DNA from: a virus
Lineage: Duplodnaviria > Caudoviricetes
Length of the DNA: 58,718 bases
Virus record (IMG/VR): IMGVR_UViG_3300025305_000019
Location: 1-58,718 of that record
Reading direction: 5' to 3' (one strand)
This document shows positions 36,648 to 46,306 of the stretch, piece after piece (the first letter of the stretch is position 1; the number at the start of each line of letters is the position of its first letter). The notes beneath the pieces were generated by a model. The model saw only the letters and a program-made list of their open reading frames with translations, did no database searches and had not been told where the DNA came from. The translations under genes and the position numbers were made by a program.

Positions 36648-37991
36648 ATGGAAATGAGCAAGACGCTTGGCAATTACGAGATAGAGACGCTGACACCGGC
36701 ACAGGTCAAGGCTTGGGGTGACACCCGTGCCGCTCTGATCTGGCATTGCCCAGCGTTTTCCCACATCTTCTATACGATGATGTCCAAGGACACCGCAGAT
36801 GGCAAGCCCAATGAACACCTCGCCATCTTCACTAAGCAGGTGCCGATTGCGGCGACCGATGGTCAGTATATCCTGCTCAACCCGGATACGTTCTTCGAGC
36901 ATGACTTGCAGGAACGCATCTTCATCGTGGCGCATGAAATCTCACATGGCATCTTCGGCCACGTCGAGACGATGCACCGCGTAGCTGCCAAGGGTAAGAT
37001 CGTTTACCCCGATGGTAAGGAACTGGAGTACGACGAAGAAGACTACCAGATGGCGATGGATTACGTCATCAACGCCATGCTGGTCGAGAGCAAGATCGGC
37101 AAGTACAACGACCAGTGGCTACACGACACGACCATCGCCACGGCCATGGATAGCATTATGACGGCGTACCGTCGCATCCATCAGGACAAACCCAAGCAGG
37201 GTGGCGGTAAGCAGCAGGGTCAGGGTCAGGGTCAGGGTACCTCGCAAGGTAACGGCAGCCATCAGCCCAAGGGTGGGCAGAAGGGCTTCGACCAGCACCT
37301 CAAGCCGGGGCAGAGCCAAGGCCAAGACCCAGCACAGGCAGCCGCCGACCGCAACGAGGTCGAGTGGAAGACGGCCATCGCTGGCGCACTCACAGCCGCT
37401 CGTGTTCAGGGTAAGCTGCCAGCCGGTCTGGAGCGTATGCTGGGCGAGGTGCTTGAGCCCAAGGTTGATTGGACGGATAAGGTTCTGGCCTTCTTCGCCC
37501 GTAAGCCAGGTGGCGGCACCTACGACTGGCGCAAGCCTGATCGTCGCTTCATCACTCGCGGCATCATCATCCCCGGCAGGGCGGGGCACGGTGCCGGTGA
37601 CGTAGTGGTCGCCGTCGATACCTCCGGGTCTATCACCCAGAAGGTGCTTGACGTGTTCTTCGGTGAGATGTCTGGCATCCTCGATGACATCCGACCGCGC
37701 CGCCTCCACCTTGTGTATTGTGACGCCAAGATCGGTAACACCCACGAGATCGAGAGCGGCACGGACTTGCTGGACATCAAGGCGAAGGGGGCCGGTGGCG
37801 GCGGTGGTACGAGCTTCGTGCCAGTGTTCGACTGGATTACCTCGGAAGGTATCGAGCCCGACGCCCTGATCTACCTGACCGATGGGATGGGTAGGTTCCC
37901 TGAACATGCCCCCAGCTACCCGGTCATGTGGGGTAGCATCTACGAGAAGGCCCAGTATCCGTTCGGGGAGGTCATCGACGTTCCCGTGTGA
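36648..37991 (+). CDS. DUF2201-type metallopeptidase-VWA protein
   Basis: AATDG..., HEISH zinc motif, MIDAS DTSGS, GGGGTSF, YLTDG. Confidence 0.88.
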   Translation: MEMSKTLGNYEIETLTPAQVKAWGDTRAALIWHCPAFSHIFYTMMSKDTADGKPNEHLAIFTKQVPIAATDGQYILLNPDTFFEHDLQERIFIVAHEISHGIFGHVETMHRVAAKGKIVYPDGKELEYDEEDYQMAMDYVINAMLVESKIGKYNDQWLHDTTIATAMDSIMTAYRRIHQDKPKQGGGKQQGQGQGQGTSQGNGSHQPKGGQKGFDQHLKPGQSQGQDPAQAAADRNEVEWKTAIAGALTAARVQGKLPAGLERMLGEVLEPKVDWTDKVLAFFARKPGGGTYDWRKPDRRFITRGIIIPGRAGHGAGDVVVAVDTSGSITQKVLDVFFGEMSGILDDIRPRRLHLVYCDAKIGNTHEIESGTDLLDIKAKGAGGGGGTSFVPVFDWITSEGIEPDALIYLTDGMGRFPEHAPSYPVMWGSIYEKAQYPFGEVIDVPV

Positions 37992-38062
37992 CGCCCAGCG
38001 TGTAATGCTCTCGGAGCATTACACGCGACCACATCCCCAGTCAACCGAAAAGAGAGGCACCC

Positions 38063-38827
38063 ATGCCCATCGTTTTGCAGCAGCAAGAAGACTTCCTGAA
38101 GCATGTCGGAAAGATCACGGACGTGCTGATCCGCGACAAGCGCCCAGCCATCAGCCACAAGGAATTCTGCACAACCTTCGTGAGCAACGATACCTTCTCC
38201 AAGATCGAAGACATGGTGTCCCAGACGAACCTGCACTCCATGGGCATCCGCTCCAAGCAAAACATGATCGTGCATGTGGACAACGATCTGGTGAAGGCCG
38301 ACTTCACCCTGCCAGTGGAGTTCACATGCGCCCGGTGGATGCCTCGTGACCTGTCGAGCCCCATTACCTCGGAAGGTAAGTTCCAAGAACTGGTTGCCTT
38401 CGCCGTACAGAATGCGTTCGATGTCGGCCTGTTTAGCATGATGACGGAGAAGCTGGTACGGGCGGTCCCAAGCTGGAAGGCCATGCGCTACATGTTCCCC
38501 GGCACGCTGACGTTGCTACGCAGCATGACAATGGTGGAGGGTGTACCGGGGAATTACTATCCTGACCTCGCAGACAAGATCGCGACCATCAAGAGCGCAC
38601 CATCAAACCTCCCAAGCATCTCACATGATGGGAAGCAGAAGCTGCGCTATCTGAATACGTGGATGGGGGTACAGGTGCTGACCGAGAGCTTCAACCGTAG
38701 CATTCCGCTACCTGACGATCTGAACCCGGAGCGAGGGGATGGGTCAAAGGCGGTGACTTGCAACATCGACATGCCACAGCGTCGGATTACCTCGGAAGGT
38801 ATCGACTATCTGTTCCATGGTGTATAA
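38063..38827 (+). CDS. Hypothetical protein
   Basis: 254 aa, GAGG RBS. Confidence 0.7.
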   Translation: MPIVLQQQEDFLKHVGKITDVLIRDKRPAISHKEFCTTFVSNDTFSKIEDMVSQTNLHSMGIRSKQNMIVHVDNDLVKADFTLPVEFTCARWMPRDLSSPITSEGKFQELVAFAVQNAFDVGLFSMMTEKLVRAVPSWKAMRYMFPGTLTLLRSMTMVEGVPGNYYPDLADKIATIKSAPSNLPSISHDGKQKLRYLNTWMGVQVLTESFNRSIPLPDDLNPERGDGSKAVTCNIDMPQRRITSEGIDYLFHGV

Positions 38828-38832
38828 GAGAA

Positions 38833-38863
38833 AGGGGTAGTGGGCTACACCCCCACTACCCCC
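38833..38863 (+). terminator. Hairpin after 38063..38827
   Basis: AGGGGTAGTGGG...CCCACTACCCC stem; no strong U-tract. Confidence 0.4.
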
Positions 38864-38960
38864 TCGCTCACCGAAAAACCAGCCTCACCCATCAAGGCCA
38901 GCCAGCATCATATAACCTTGACAAACAAAGATGTCAACACCCTTGGATAAGGCTAGATAA

Positions 38961-40856
38961 ATGGACATTGTTACTTACGACTGGGAGACTTACTACAATA
39001 AAGATTACTCCCTGAAGAAGATGAGCCCCATCGAATACATCCTCGATCCAAGGTTTCAGGTAACCGGGCTCGCAGTAAAGCGGTTTAAGCAACCATCCTT
39101 CTGGGTACACGGGCAGGACGTGGAAGAATTCTTCCGCGAAGAACCAGAGAATGTCCTTGCCGTCAGCCACAATGCGCTATTCGACATGTGCATCTGCTAC
39201 TATAGGTTCGGCTGGGTGCCCAAGGTTATGGTCGATACCTTGGGGGTAAGCCGTGCGTTGCTTCAGGCGTTCCTGCGTAGTCTATCGCTTGCTTCGGTCG
39301 CCAAGCATCTCGGCCTCGGGGCCAAGGGTGGTGCACTCGCCAACGTCATCAACATGCGGCGCGAGGATATTCAAGCGCACCCAAAGCTTTACGCCGACTT
39401 CATGGAGTACGGTAAGAACGATGCCGACCTATGCTTCGGCATCTTCGAGAAGCTTGTCATGTCTGGCAAGTTCCCGATGTCGGAGATCGCCATTATGAAC
39501 AGCGTGCTTCGCTGTGCCGTGGTGCCGCAGTTCAAGCTGGACATTAACGCGCTCAACGAAAGCCTTGTGGAAATTCAGCAATCCAAGGAAGACCTGCTTA
39601 CCCGCAGCATGTTGCTCGGCAGTGACATCGACAAGCTGATGAGCAATGACAAGTTCGCGGAGTTGCTGCAACAGTTCGGTGTCAACCCGCCGACCAAGAT
39701 TTCCGCCAAGACCGGCAAAGAGGCATGGGCCTTCGCGAAGTCGGACAAGGCGTTCCTCGACCTGCTGGAGCATGAAGACCCCAACGTGCAGGCACTGGTG
39801 GCGGCTCGCTTCGGCCATAAGAGTACCATCGAAGAAACCCGGCACGAGCGATTTATCCGCATCGGTCAGCTTCAGTGGCCTGCCACAAAGGTTACCTCGG
39901 GAGGTACCCTTGGCCTGATCCCCATGCCACTCCGTTATTCAGGCGCACACACACATCGGCTCTCCGGTGACTGGAAGATGAACGTCCAGAACATGGGCCG
40001 CAAGTCGAAGCTTCGCAAGTCGCTGACTGCCCCTGAAGGTTACAAGGTCGTCGCCGGTGACGAGAGCCAGATCGAGGCTCGCTTTGTTGTTACCTTGAGT
40101 GGTCAGGAAGATGTACGGCAGCAGTTCGACCGGGGTGAAGACGTGTACTCCCTGTTCGCTACCGAGCTTTTCGGCTTCCCGGTTACGAAGGCCAACCAGA
40201 TCGAACGCTTCATCGGTAAGCAGTGCATTCTGGGTCTGGGCTTCGGCCTCGGCCATGACAAGTTCGGCAAGTCGATACCGATCCTGTCGCAAAACCAGAT
40301 CGGCAAGCGTATTGACATGGAGCCCGAGGAAGCGGAGCGCACGGTCAACATCTACCGGGCGACCAACTTCGAGGTTGTCAGGACGTGGAAGCTGCTCAAC
40401 ACCATGGGCATCAACGCCCTGATTACCGGGCAGGAATGGCAGTGGGGTCCGGTGCTGTTCAAGAAGGATGAGATCGTCCTTCCGAACGGCTTGAGCCTTT
40501 TCTATCACAACATCAGGCGTCAGGAAGGTGGCAAGTTCGGCAGCGAAGTGGTGTTTGAATACGGGCCTTTCACCAAGCGATGCTACGGCGGTATGCTGCT
40601 GGAGAACATCGCACAGGCGCTGGCTCGCATCGTCACCATGGAAGCGGCCATCCGTGTGGAGAAGCGGCTTGCCAAGGCAGGCATCAAGCTCGCCCTACAG
40701 GTGCACGACGAACTGGTGTTCGTGGTACCGGATCGTTTCGTTCAAGTGGTGCGTGGTATCCTTGAGCAAGAGTTGCGCCGCCGCCCGAAGTGGCTGCCGT
40801 TGCTCCCCCTCGATTGCGAAACAGGAGTTGGGCAAGATTATGGATCGGCCAAATAG
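38961..40856 (+). CDS. Family A DNA polymerase with 3'-5' exonuclease
   Basis: DWET and HNALFD exonuclease motifs; DESQIEAR motif A; R..GK..ILGLGFG motif B; VHDELV motif C. Confidence 0.93.
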   Translation: MDIVTYDWETYYNKDYSLKKMSPIEYILDPRFQVTGLAVKRFKQPSFWVHGQDVEEFFREEPENVLAVSHNALFDMCICYYRFGWVPKVMVDTLGVSRALLQAFLRSLSLASVAKHLGLGAKGGALANVINMRREDIQAHPKLYADFMEYGKNDADLCFGIFEKLVMSGKFPMSEIAIMNSVLRCAVVPQFKLDINALNESLVEIQQSKEDLLTRSMLLGSDIDKLMSNDKFAELLQQFGVNPPTKISAKTGKEAWAFAKSDKAFLDLLEHEDPNVQALVAARFGHKSTIEETRHERFIRIGQLQWPATKVTSGGTLGLIPMPLRYSGAHTHRLSGDWKMNVQNMGRKSKLRKSLTAPEGYKVVAGDESQIEARFVVTLSGQEDVRQQFDRGEDVYSLFATELFGFPVTKANQIERFIGKQCILGLGFGLGHDKFGKSIPILSQNQIGKRIDMEPEEAERTVNIYRATNFEVVRTWKLLNTMGINALITGQEWQWGPVLFKKDEIVLPNGLSLFYHNIRRQEGGKFGSEVVFEYGPFTKRCYGGMLLENIAQALARIVTMEAAIRVEKRLAKAGIKLALQVHDELVFVVPDRFVQVVRGILEQELRRRPKWLPLLPLDCETGVGQDYGSAK

Positions 40857-41076
40857 TACCCCACAAGGTAACAAAATCAGGGAACGTGCAGCAGCAGTTG
40901 CAATGTTGCTTGGGGAAATAACCCCCCTCATATGCGAACGGTGTAGAGGCACAGCAATAACTAGGCAGCGTATGGATGGCAAACGCGATACATGCGCCGG
41001 TTGCAATGGTGCAGGGTTCATGCTCATAGGGCCAAAGACGCTGGAGTATATGATAAATAACCCCTTGACAACCTAG
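40840..41076 (+). CDS. Small Zn-finger protein
   Basis: CERCRG...CAGCNGAG. Confidence 0.5.
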   Translation: MDRPNSTPQGNKIRERAAAVAMLLGEITPLICERCRGTAITRQRMDGKRDTCAGCNGAGFMLIGPKTLEYMINNPLTT

Positions 41077-41092
41077 TTGAGACATGCCATAT
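41064..41092 (+). promoter_or_regulatory. RpoD promoter
   Basis: CTTGAC-N17-CCATAT. Confidence 0.6.
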
Positions 41093-41130
41093 ACATATCC
41101 GTAACCAGTAACAAAAGAAAGGGACCATAC

Positions 41131-41454
41131 GTGTCGTTTGAAACCTTACCTCAAGAGGTAACCTTGCCTGACCGAGACCCGGAGCATGAGCGCCTTCTGG
41201 GTATCGTGTTCAAGCTCTCGCCTAACCGGGCAGCTACCTTGTCGGTCCTCTTGAAGTGCACGTATGTGTCCTCCGAGAAGATCATGGAGTACGCCGGGTT
41301 CAACTCGCCTGTTAAGCAGGCCATCTGGCACATCCGTGCTGCTCTCCATCCGCTGGGTGTCGAAGTCGGCAACCGGCAGGGGGTTGGCTACTGGATCGAC
41401 AAGGACGACAAGGCCAAGGTCGAGCATCGCGTCGAAGAATTCCTGAAAGGATAA
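41131..41454 (+). CDS. OmpR/PhoB-type winged-helix DNA-binding protein (no receiver domain)
   Basis: LSP..A..L..LL...VKQAIWHIRAAL..LGVEV.NRQGVGY. Confidence 0.65.
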   Translation: MSFETLPQEVTLPDRDPEHERLLGIVFKLSPNRAATLSVLLKCTYVSSEKIMEYAGFNSPVKQAIWHIRAALHPLGVEVGNRQGVGYWIDKDDKAKVEHRVEEFLKG

Positions 41455-41463
41455 TTACCTCCC

Positions 41464-42165
41464 ATGGTAACCACAACGACTATGGGCGGTAAGCCTATCA
41501 AGAAAGCCTTCAGCTTCAGCTACTCCAAGATCAAGAACTATGAGACGTGCCCCCGCCGATACAAGGCAGTGGACGTGGATCGTTCGGTTAAGGAAGAAGA
41601 AGGCGAGAGCCTGAAGTGGGGCAACCAAGTCCACGACGCCTTTGCCAAGCGGATCAGCGACAACCAGCCGTTCCCGCCTAGCATGGCCGACTTCGAGGAA
41701 TACGCCCAGCGCCTGCTCAACATGCCCGGTGAGAAGCATGTCGAACTGAAGCTGGCGATCATGCGCGACCTGAAGCCATGCACATGGTTCGACAAGAAGA
41801 CTTACTTCCGGGGTATCGCTGACTTCCTCGGCATCAACCCGGCAGGCAAGGCGGCGCTCGCCATTGACTACAAGACTGGCAAGATTGTCGAGAACAGCGA
41901 ACAGTTGTCGCTGATGGCTGAATGTATTTTCTCCCACTACCCGACCATCGACGCGGTTCGCACCGAGTTCTGGTGGCTGAAAGAGGATGCTGTCACCCGT
42001 GCTGACTTCTATCGTAAGAACCGCAAAGAGACTTGGCGAATTGTTCTCCCCAAAGCCCTTGAGCTTGAGCGAGCCCACGAACAAGACCTGTTCCCCCCAA
42101 AGCCCGGTGGGCTCTGCCGGGCTTATTGCCCTGTTACCTCCTGCGAACACAACGGGCGCCGTTAA
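41464..42165 (+). CDS. PD-(D/E)XK (RecB/Cas4-like) exonuclease
   Basis: SYS.I...CPR, GIAD, IDYKTGK, C-terminal LC..YCPV..C. Confidence 0.85.
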   Translation: MVTTTTMGGKPIKKAFSFSYSKIKNYETCPRRYKAVDVDRSVKEEEGESLKWGNQVHDAFAKRISDNQPFPPSMADFEEYAQRLLNMPGEKHVELKLAIMRDLKPCTWFDKKTYFRGIADFLGINPAGKAALAIDYKTGKIVENSEQLSLMAECIFSHYPTIDAVRTEFWWLKEDAVTRADFYRKNRKETWRIVLPKALELERAHEQDLFPPKPGGLCRAYCPVTSCEHNGRR

Positions 42166-42205
42166 CCATCCCACCGATGCCCTGAACTATAGTGCTACGG
42201 CGTGG

Positions 42206-42496
42206 ATGCACAAGGCAAGGGAGCATGAAGCACGGATGGCAGAGCAATCTAACCATCGGGCCTACATCCTTGCATACGAGGGTTACCTCAAAGGTAGGTT
42301 CGGCCTAGAGGTGGATTTCCAAACGGAGCTTATCCGTGACGCTTCAACGATGTGCATGGTGTTTTGCACTGTCTTTGTCGGCTCCAGTGGGGAGAGGATG
42401 AGGGTGTCGGAGCATATGGGTGATTTAGCGTTCCGCCGCAAGAATGCCATCTACCCATCAGACCGCGTGATAGCCGAGATCATGCTGTTACTTTAG
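42206..42496 (+). CDS. Hypothetical protein
   Basis: C-terminal YPS...IAEIMLL resembles the C-terminus of the next gene (FPT..LKTKLMLL); start uncertain. Confidence 0.45.
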   Translation: MHKAREHEARMAEQSNHRAYILAYEGYLKGRFGLEVDFQTELIRDASTMCMVFCTVFVGSSGERMRVSEHMGDLAFRRKNAIYPSDRVIAEIMLLL

Positions 42497-42504
42497 GAGG
42501 TAAC

Positions 42505-42774
42505 ATGACACGCGACGAAAGAAGGCAAGCCGAAGTAGAACACGGCAGGATGGTGACCCGGCGCAACATGATGGCAGGGCTGATCGAGGAAATTGAGGGC
42601 GACCTGAAGAAGATTTGCCCGAACATCGAATGCCTGATCGTGAGTAACCAAGACACCGACATACGGACATGGGTTGTCACCACGAACCATAAGCCCAGCG
42701 GGCAGTCATTCCAAGAAAGCCTGTGGGACTTCCCCACAACAGAACTGAAAACCAAACTGATGCTGTTAGGATAG
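42505..42774 (+). CDS. Hypothetical protein
   Basis: AGGAGG RBS within palindrome. Confidence 0.6.
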   Translation: MTRDERRQAEVEHGRMVTRRNMMAGLIEEIEGDLKKICPNIECLIVSNQDTDIRTWVVTTNHKPSGQSFQESLWDFPTTELKTKLMLLG

Positions 42775-42776
42775 AC

Positions 42777-43118
42777 ATGGCTACCCCAGAAGGTAAAGTA
42801 AAAGCGGCCATCAAGAAAGTGATCGCCGAATTCGGTGATAGCATCGACCCATTCTGGCCCGTGCCCGGTGGGTATGGCGAGAGCCACTTGGATTGCATCC
42901 TCTGTGCCGGGGCGTTCTTCGTGTCTATCGAGGTGAAGGCTCCCGGTAAGAAGCCGACGCCACGTCAGAACTACAGGATCGACATGGTAAAGAGGGCCGG
43001 GGGCTATGCCCTAGTAATCGACGGCACCGAGAATACTACAACCTGCGACCAGCTTCGCGTCATACTTAAAGAGTGTGTCACGAAAACTATGTTGCTGAAG
43101 CAAACGGGGCATATCTAA
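42777..43118 (+). CDS. VRR-NUC nuclease (putative resolvase)
   Basis: MATPEGKVK...D......IEVKAPGKKPTPRQ...AGG. Confidence 0.85.
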   Translation: MATPEGKVKAAIKKVIAEFGDSIDPFWPVPGGYGESHLDCILCAGAFFVSIEVKAPGKKPTPRQNYRIDMVKRAGGYALVIDGTENTTTCDQLRVILKECVTKTMLLKQTGHI

Positions 43119-43339
43119 TGGACGTGATTAAGTATATCATGTCGCTGGCCTCCCTCTTAAAGCAAGAGGGGGTCCGCATCATCCAGACAACCAAGGATAG
43201 CGAACACGTATTCTTGACGTTTAAGTACGAGCATAACAACAAGAAGACGTATTTCTGTTCTCTACTTAAACGCCAAGAATACGCTGACACTTCTGTTGAA
43301 GCCTTGGCTAAGATCATAAGAAAGCATCTAGGCGTATGA
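43118..43339 (+). CDS. Hypothetical protein (AT-rich)
   Basis: Coupled on both sides. Confidence 0.5.
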   Translation: MDVIKYIMSLASLLKQEGVRIIQTTKDSEHVFLTFKYEHNNKKTYFCSLLKRQEYADTSVEALAKIIRKHLGV

Positions 43340-44934
43340 GCGATATACCACAGACTGAACTTCACGTATCTGCCAAGCACAAGATGCTGGTAGTTCCGAC
43401 GACCGATCACATCGAGACGTTGTTCCCCGACACCCGCAAGGTTACCCTCGAAGGTAATTTTTTCAACCTTGTCCCGCACCATCCCGCCGAGGCGTTCTTG
43501 CTCCGTCAGTTGGGCTACACGGTTCCGGCTCCGATCCTGACCCACTATTCGTGGCCGGGTATGTTCAAGCCCTTCGACGCCCAGCGTCAGACGGCTGGCC
43601 TGCTGACCATGAACAAGAGGGCCTACGTCCTCAACTCCATGGGTACCGGCAAGACATCGGCAGCGTTGTGGGCTTGGGATTATCTCTACACCCAGAAGCT
43701 CGCCAAGAAGGTTCTGGTGGTGTCGCCGCTCTCCACGCTGCGCTTCACATGGGCTCGCGAAGTCCTCAACACCACGCCGCACCGCGAGTGTCAGGTTGTG
43801 CACCATGCCACCCGTGCCAAGCGTGTCGAGCAGCTACGCAATGGCAAGGCCGACATCTACATCATCAACCATGATGGTGCGAAGCTTCTGCATGACGAGA
43901 TCGTGCAGCTTATGGATGAAGGTGTGATCGACACCATCATCATTGACGAGCTTGCGGTCTACCGTAATGGCAAGAGCAAGCGCACGAAGCAGATGAAAAT
44001 CCTCGCTGCCGGTATGGAGTGGGCATGGGGTATGACCGGCAGCCCGATGCCGCGCTCGCCCACGGATGTCTGGTCGCAATGCCAGATCATCACCCCGCAC
44101 ACCGTGGACAAATACTTCAACGCATTCCGCGACAAGCTGATGTATAAGATCAGCCAGTTCAAGTATGCGAACAAGCCGAAGGCCGTCGAGACTGCCTACT
44201 CGTGTATGCAGCCAGCCGTGAGGTTCACGCTTGATGACGTGGTGGAGTTACCCGAGAAGGTAATCCGCACCCAAGACGTTGCCATGAGCGCGAAGCAGAT
44301 GAAGGTTTACAAGGCGTTGACTTCCGCTTGTCACGCTGCTATTCATAATCACGAGATCACAGCGGCTAACGCTGGAGCGGTTATGATGAAGCTTCTTCAG
44401 GTTGCCACTGGCTGGGTCTATGACAAGGATCGCAACGTGGTTGGCCTTGACGGCGAGCCCCGGCTTGAGGCTCTGCTGGAAGCCATTGACGGGTCGTCCA
44501 ACAAGGTGCTGGTGTTCGTCCCGTTCATCCACTCGCTTGCTGGTATCTCCGAGCGCCTGACAAGGGAGGGTATCGAACATGCTTGTGTGTCTGGCGAAAC
44601 CAACGTCAGCGACCGCAGCAACATCTTTAACCTGTTCCAGAACACCGATAAGTACAAGGTCATCCTTGCACACCCCCAGTGCCTAGCCCACGGGATCACG
44701 CTTACCACCGCCGATACGATTGTGTGGTTTGCCCCGGTGACCTCGCTCGAAACCTATGAGCAGGCCAACGCCCGTATCTCGCGTGTCGGCCAGAAGAACA
44801 AGCAGCTTGTTTTGCACCTACAAGGTACGGCAGTGGAGAAGAAAATCTACAAGCTGTTGCAGAACAACCAACAAGTACAGAACAGCTTCCTCGACATGTT
44901 CGCAGACGCAACCATGTCCAACCCCATTACCTAG
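43336..44934 (+). CDS. SNF2-family (SF2) helicase
   Basis: MGTGKT, IIIDE, MTGSP, HGITLT, QANARISRVGQ. Confidence 0.92.
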   Translation: MSDIPQTELHVSAKHKMLVVPTTDHIETLFPDTRKVTLEGNFFNLVPHHPAEAFLLRQLGYTVPAPILTHYSWPGMFKPFDAQRQTAGLLTMNKRAYVLNSMGTGKTSAALWAWDYLYTQKLAKKVLVVSPLSTLRFTWAREVLNTTPHRECQVVHHATRAKRVEQLRNGKADIYIINHDGAKLLHDEIVQLMDEGVIDTIIIDELAVYRNGKSKRTKQMKILAAGMEWAWGMTGSPMPRSPTDVWSQCQIITPHTVDKYFNAFRDKLMYKISQFKYANKPKAVETAYSCMQPAVRFTLDDVVELPEKVIRTQDVAMSAKQMKVYKALTSACHAAIHNHEITAANAGAVMMKLLQVATGWVYDKDRNVVGLDGEPRLEALLEAIDGSSNKVLVFVPFIHSLAGISERLTREGIEHACVSGETNVSDRSNIFNLFQNTDKYKVILAHPQCLAHGITLTTADTIVWFAPVTSLETYEQANARISRVGQKNKQLVLHLQGTAVEKKIYKLLQNNQQVQNSFLDMFADATMSNPIT

Positions 44935-44944
44935 TGAGGTAACC

Positions 44945-45409
44945 ATGGAAACCGAAAGTGCCCTAAAGCAACGGGAATGGCGGCTGAAAAATAGGGAGAA
45001 AGCCATTGCCAACGCCAAGAGGGCGTATGAGGTTCGGAAGGCAAAAGACCCTGAAGGGCATAGGGAACGGCAACGTAAATTGATGGCTAAGTGGAGAGCC
45101 AACAACCCGGAGAAGGATAGGGAGGCGGATAGAAGGTATAAAGAAAAGAGCAAGCACAAGCGCAGGGAAACCCAGTATCAGAAAAAGTACGGGATCACTG
45201 TCGCTCAGTTCGACAAGATGTTTGCCGAACAAGGCGAGTGTTGCGCTTTATGCAAGGGCGATGCCGGGAAGAACGGGTGGCAAGTAGACCATTGCCATAC
45301 CAACGGAGACGTGAGGGGGATATTGTGCCACAGGTGTAATCTGGCACTAGGACTTTTTCAGGATGATGTTCAACGGCTTAGGGAAGCCATAAATTACCTA
45401 GTGAGGTAA
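44945..45409 (+). CDS. Endonuclease VII-type HNH homing endonuclease
   Basis: KYGIT...QGECCALC...VDHCH..GDVRGILCHRCNLALG. Confidence 0.85.
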   Translation: METESALKQREWRLKNREKAIANAKRAYEVRKAKDPEGHRERQRKLMAKWRANNPEKDREADRRYKEKSKHKRRETQYQKKYGITVAQFDKMFAEQGECCALCKGDAGKNGWQVDHCHTNGDVRGILCHRCNLALGLFQDDVQRLREAINYLVR

Positions 45410-45411
45410 CC

Positions 45412-45762
45412 ATGCACACCGTAAAGACCACCAGACTTCGCGATGCCTTCAGCTTCAGGGAGGTGGAGTTCTTCGAGGTCCACACGTCCGTTATCACTCG
45501 TAAGTTTGACGACGAGAAGTCGTTCGAGACTTACGAACCGGAGATCGCGCCGCTCGATGTGATCGAGGGTATGGTCAGGGAAGTCGGCGTCGTGAAGAAG
45601 TGGGAAGTAATACGCTGCACCCGCACCCTCCGCGCTGTAGCCCGTGCCTTGGTTGTTAGGAAGAAGGATGGGGAGGTCCGTCAGTTCCTGTTGGAGAGCG
45701 ACCAGTTCGACAACTACCTGATGGCATCGGTTGAGCGGGCTATCTCTGCCCTGCAATTCTAA
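45412..45762 (+). CDS. Hypothetical protein (palindrome-bounded cassette)
   Basis: 116 aa; starts right after GAGGTAACC. Confidence 0.65.
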   Translation: MHTVKTTRLRDAFSFREVEFFEVHTSVITRKFDDEKSFETYEPEIAPLDVIEGMVREVGVVKKWEVIRCTRTLRAVARALVVRKKDGEVRQFLLESDQFDNYLMASVERAISALQF

Positions 45763-45785
45763 CCCCATTACCTAGTGAGGTAACC

Positions 45786-45962
45786 ATGCTGGACCAAGAC
45801 AAAGAAATACTCCGCATCTGGGACGAAGCGGAAGAAGACTTCCCCGACAAGTCAACCGAGTGGCTGATGCAGTACACATGCGATATGTATGTGGGGCAGT
45901 TCGGCAAGGAAATTGACCACGGGGATGTCGCCGTAGCTCTGTCTACCCGCAATGTCGGATAA
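45786..45962 (+). CDS. Small acidic protein (58 aa, not in ORF track)
   Basis: MLDQDKEILRIWDEAEEDFPDKSTEWL...; starts right after GAGGTAACC. Confidence 0.6.
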   Translation: MLDQDKEILRIWDEAEEDFPDKSTEWLMQYTCDMYVGQFGKEIDHGDVAVALSTRNVG

Positions 45963-46149
45963 CCGCGAGAGCAGAAAGGCTTGGGATAAAATGGTTCAGG
46001 AGGATTTGAGCAAGCGTCTCTTGCGTGCACTTAACCGGGTGCTGGATGCCGTCCAGTGCCGGGACGATCTGGATGACCTCTACAAGCACGGTATGGCACA
46101 GGCCGAGATAGAGGAAATCAAGCAGATATACCGTGACCTTGGCAAGTGA
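45952..46149 (+). CDS. Hypothetical protein
   Basis: 65 aa overlapping the previous stop. Confidence 0.45.
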   Translation: MSDNRESRKAWDKMVQEDLSKRLLRALNRVLDAVQCRDDLDDLYKHGMAQAEIEEIKQIYRDLGK

Positions 46150-46306
46150 GTATGCCCATTCCTCCGAGCTTGTAGTAGTCAAGCAAGTGGGGGAGTGGCG
46201 GCTTACCAAAGGTCCGAAACACCCCGAACACACGGTCTGGCACCGTGGCACCATCGTAGCAACTGGCAGCGACAAGCTTGCCACCAGAGTATTCACGGAG
46301 AAAGCA

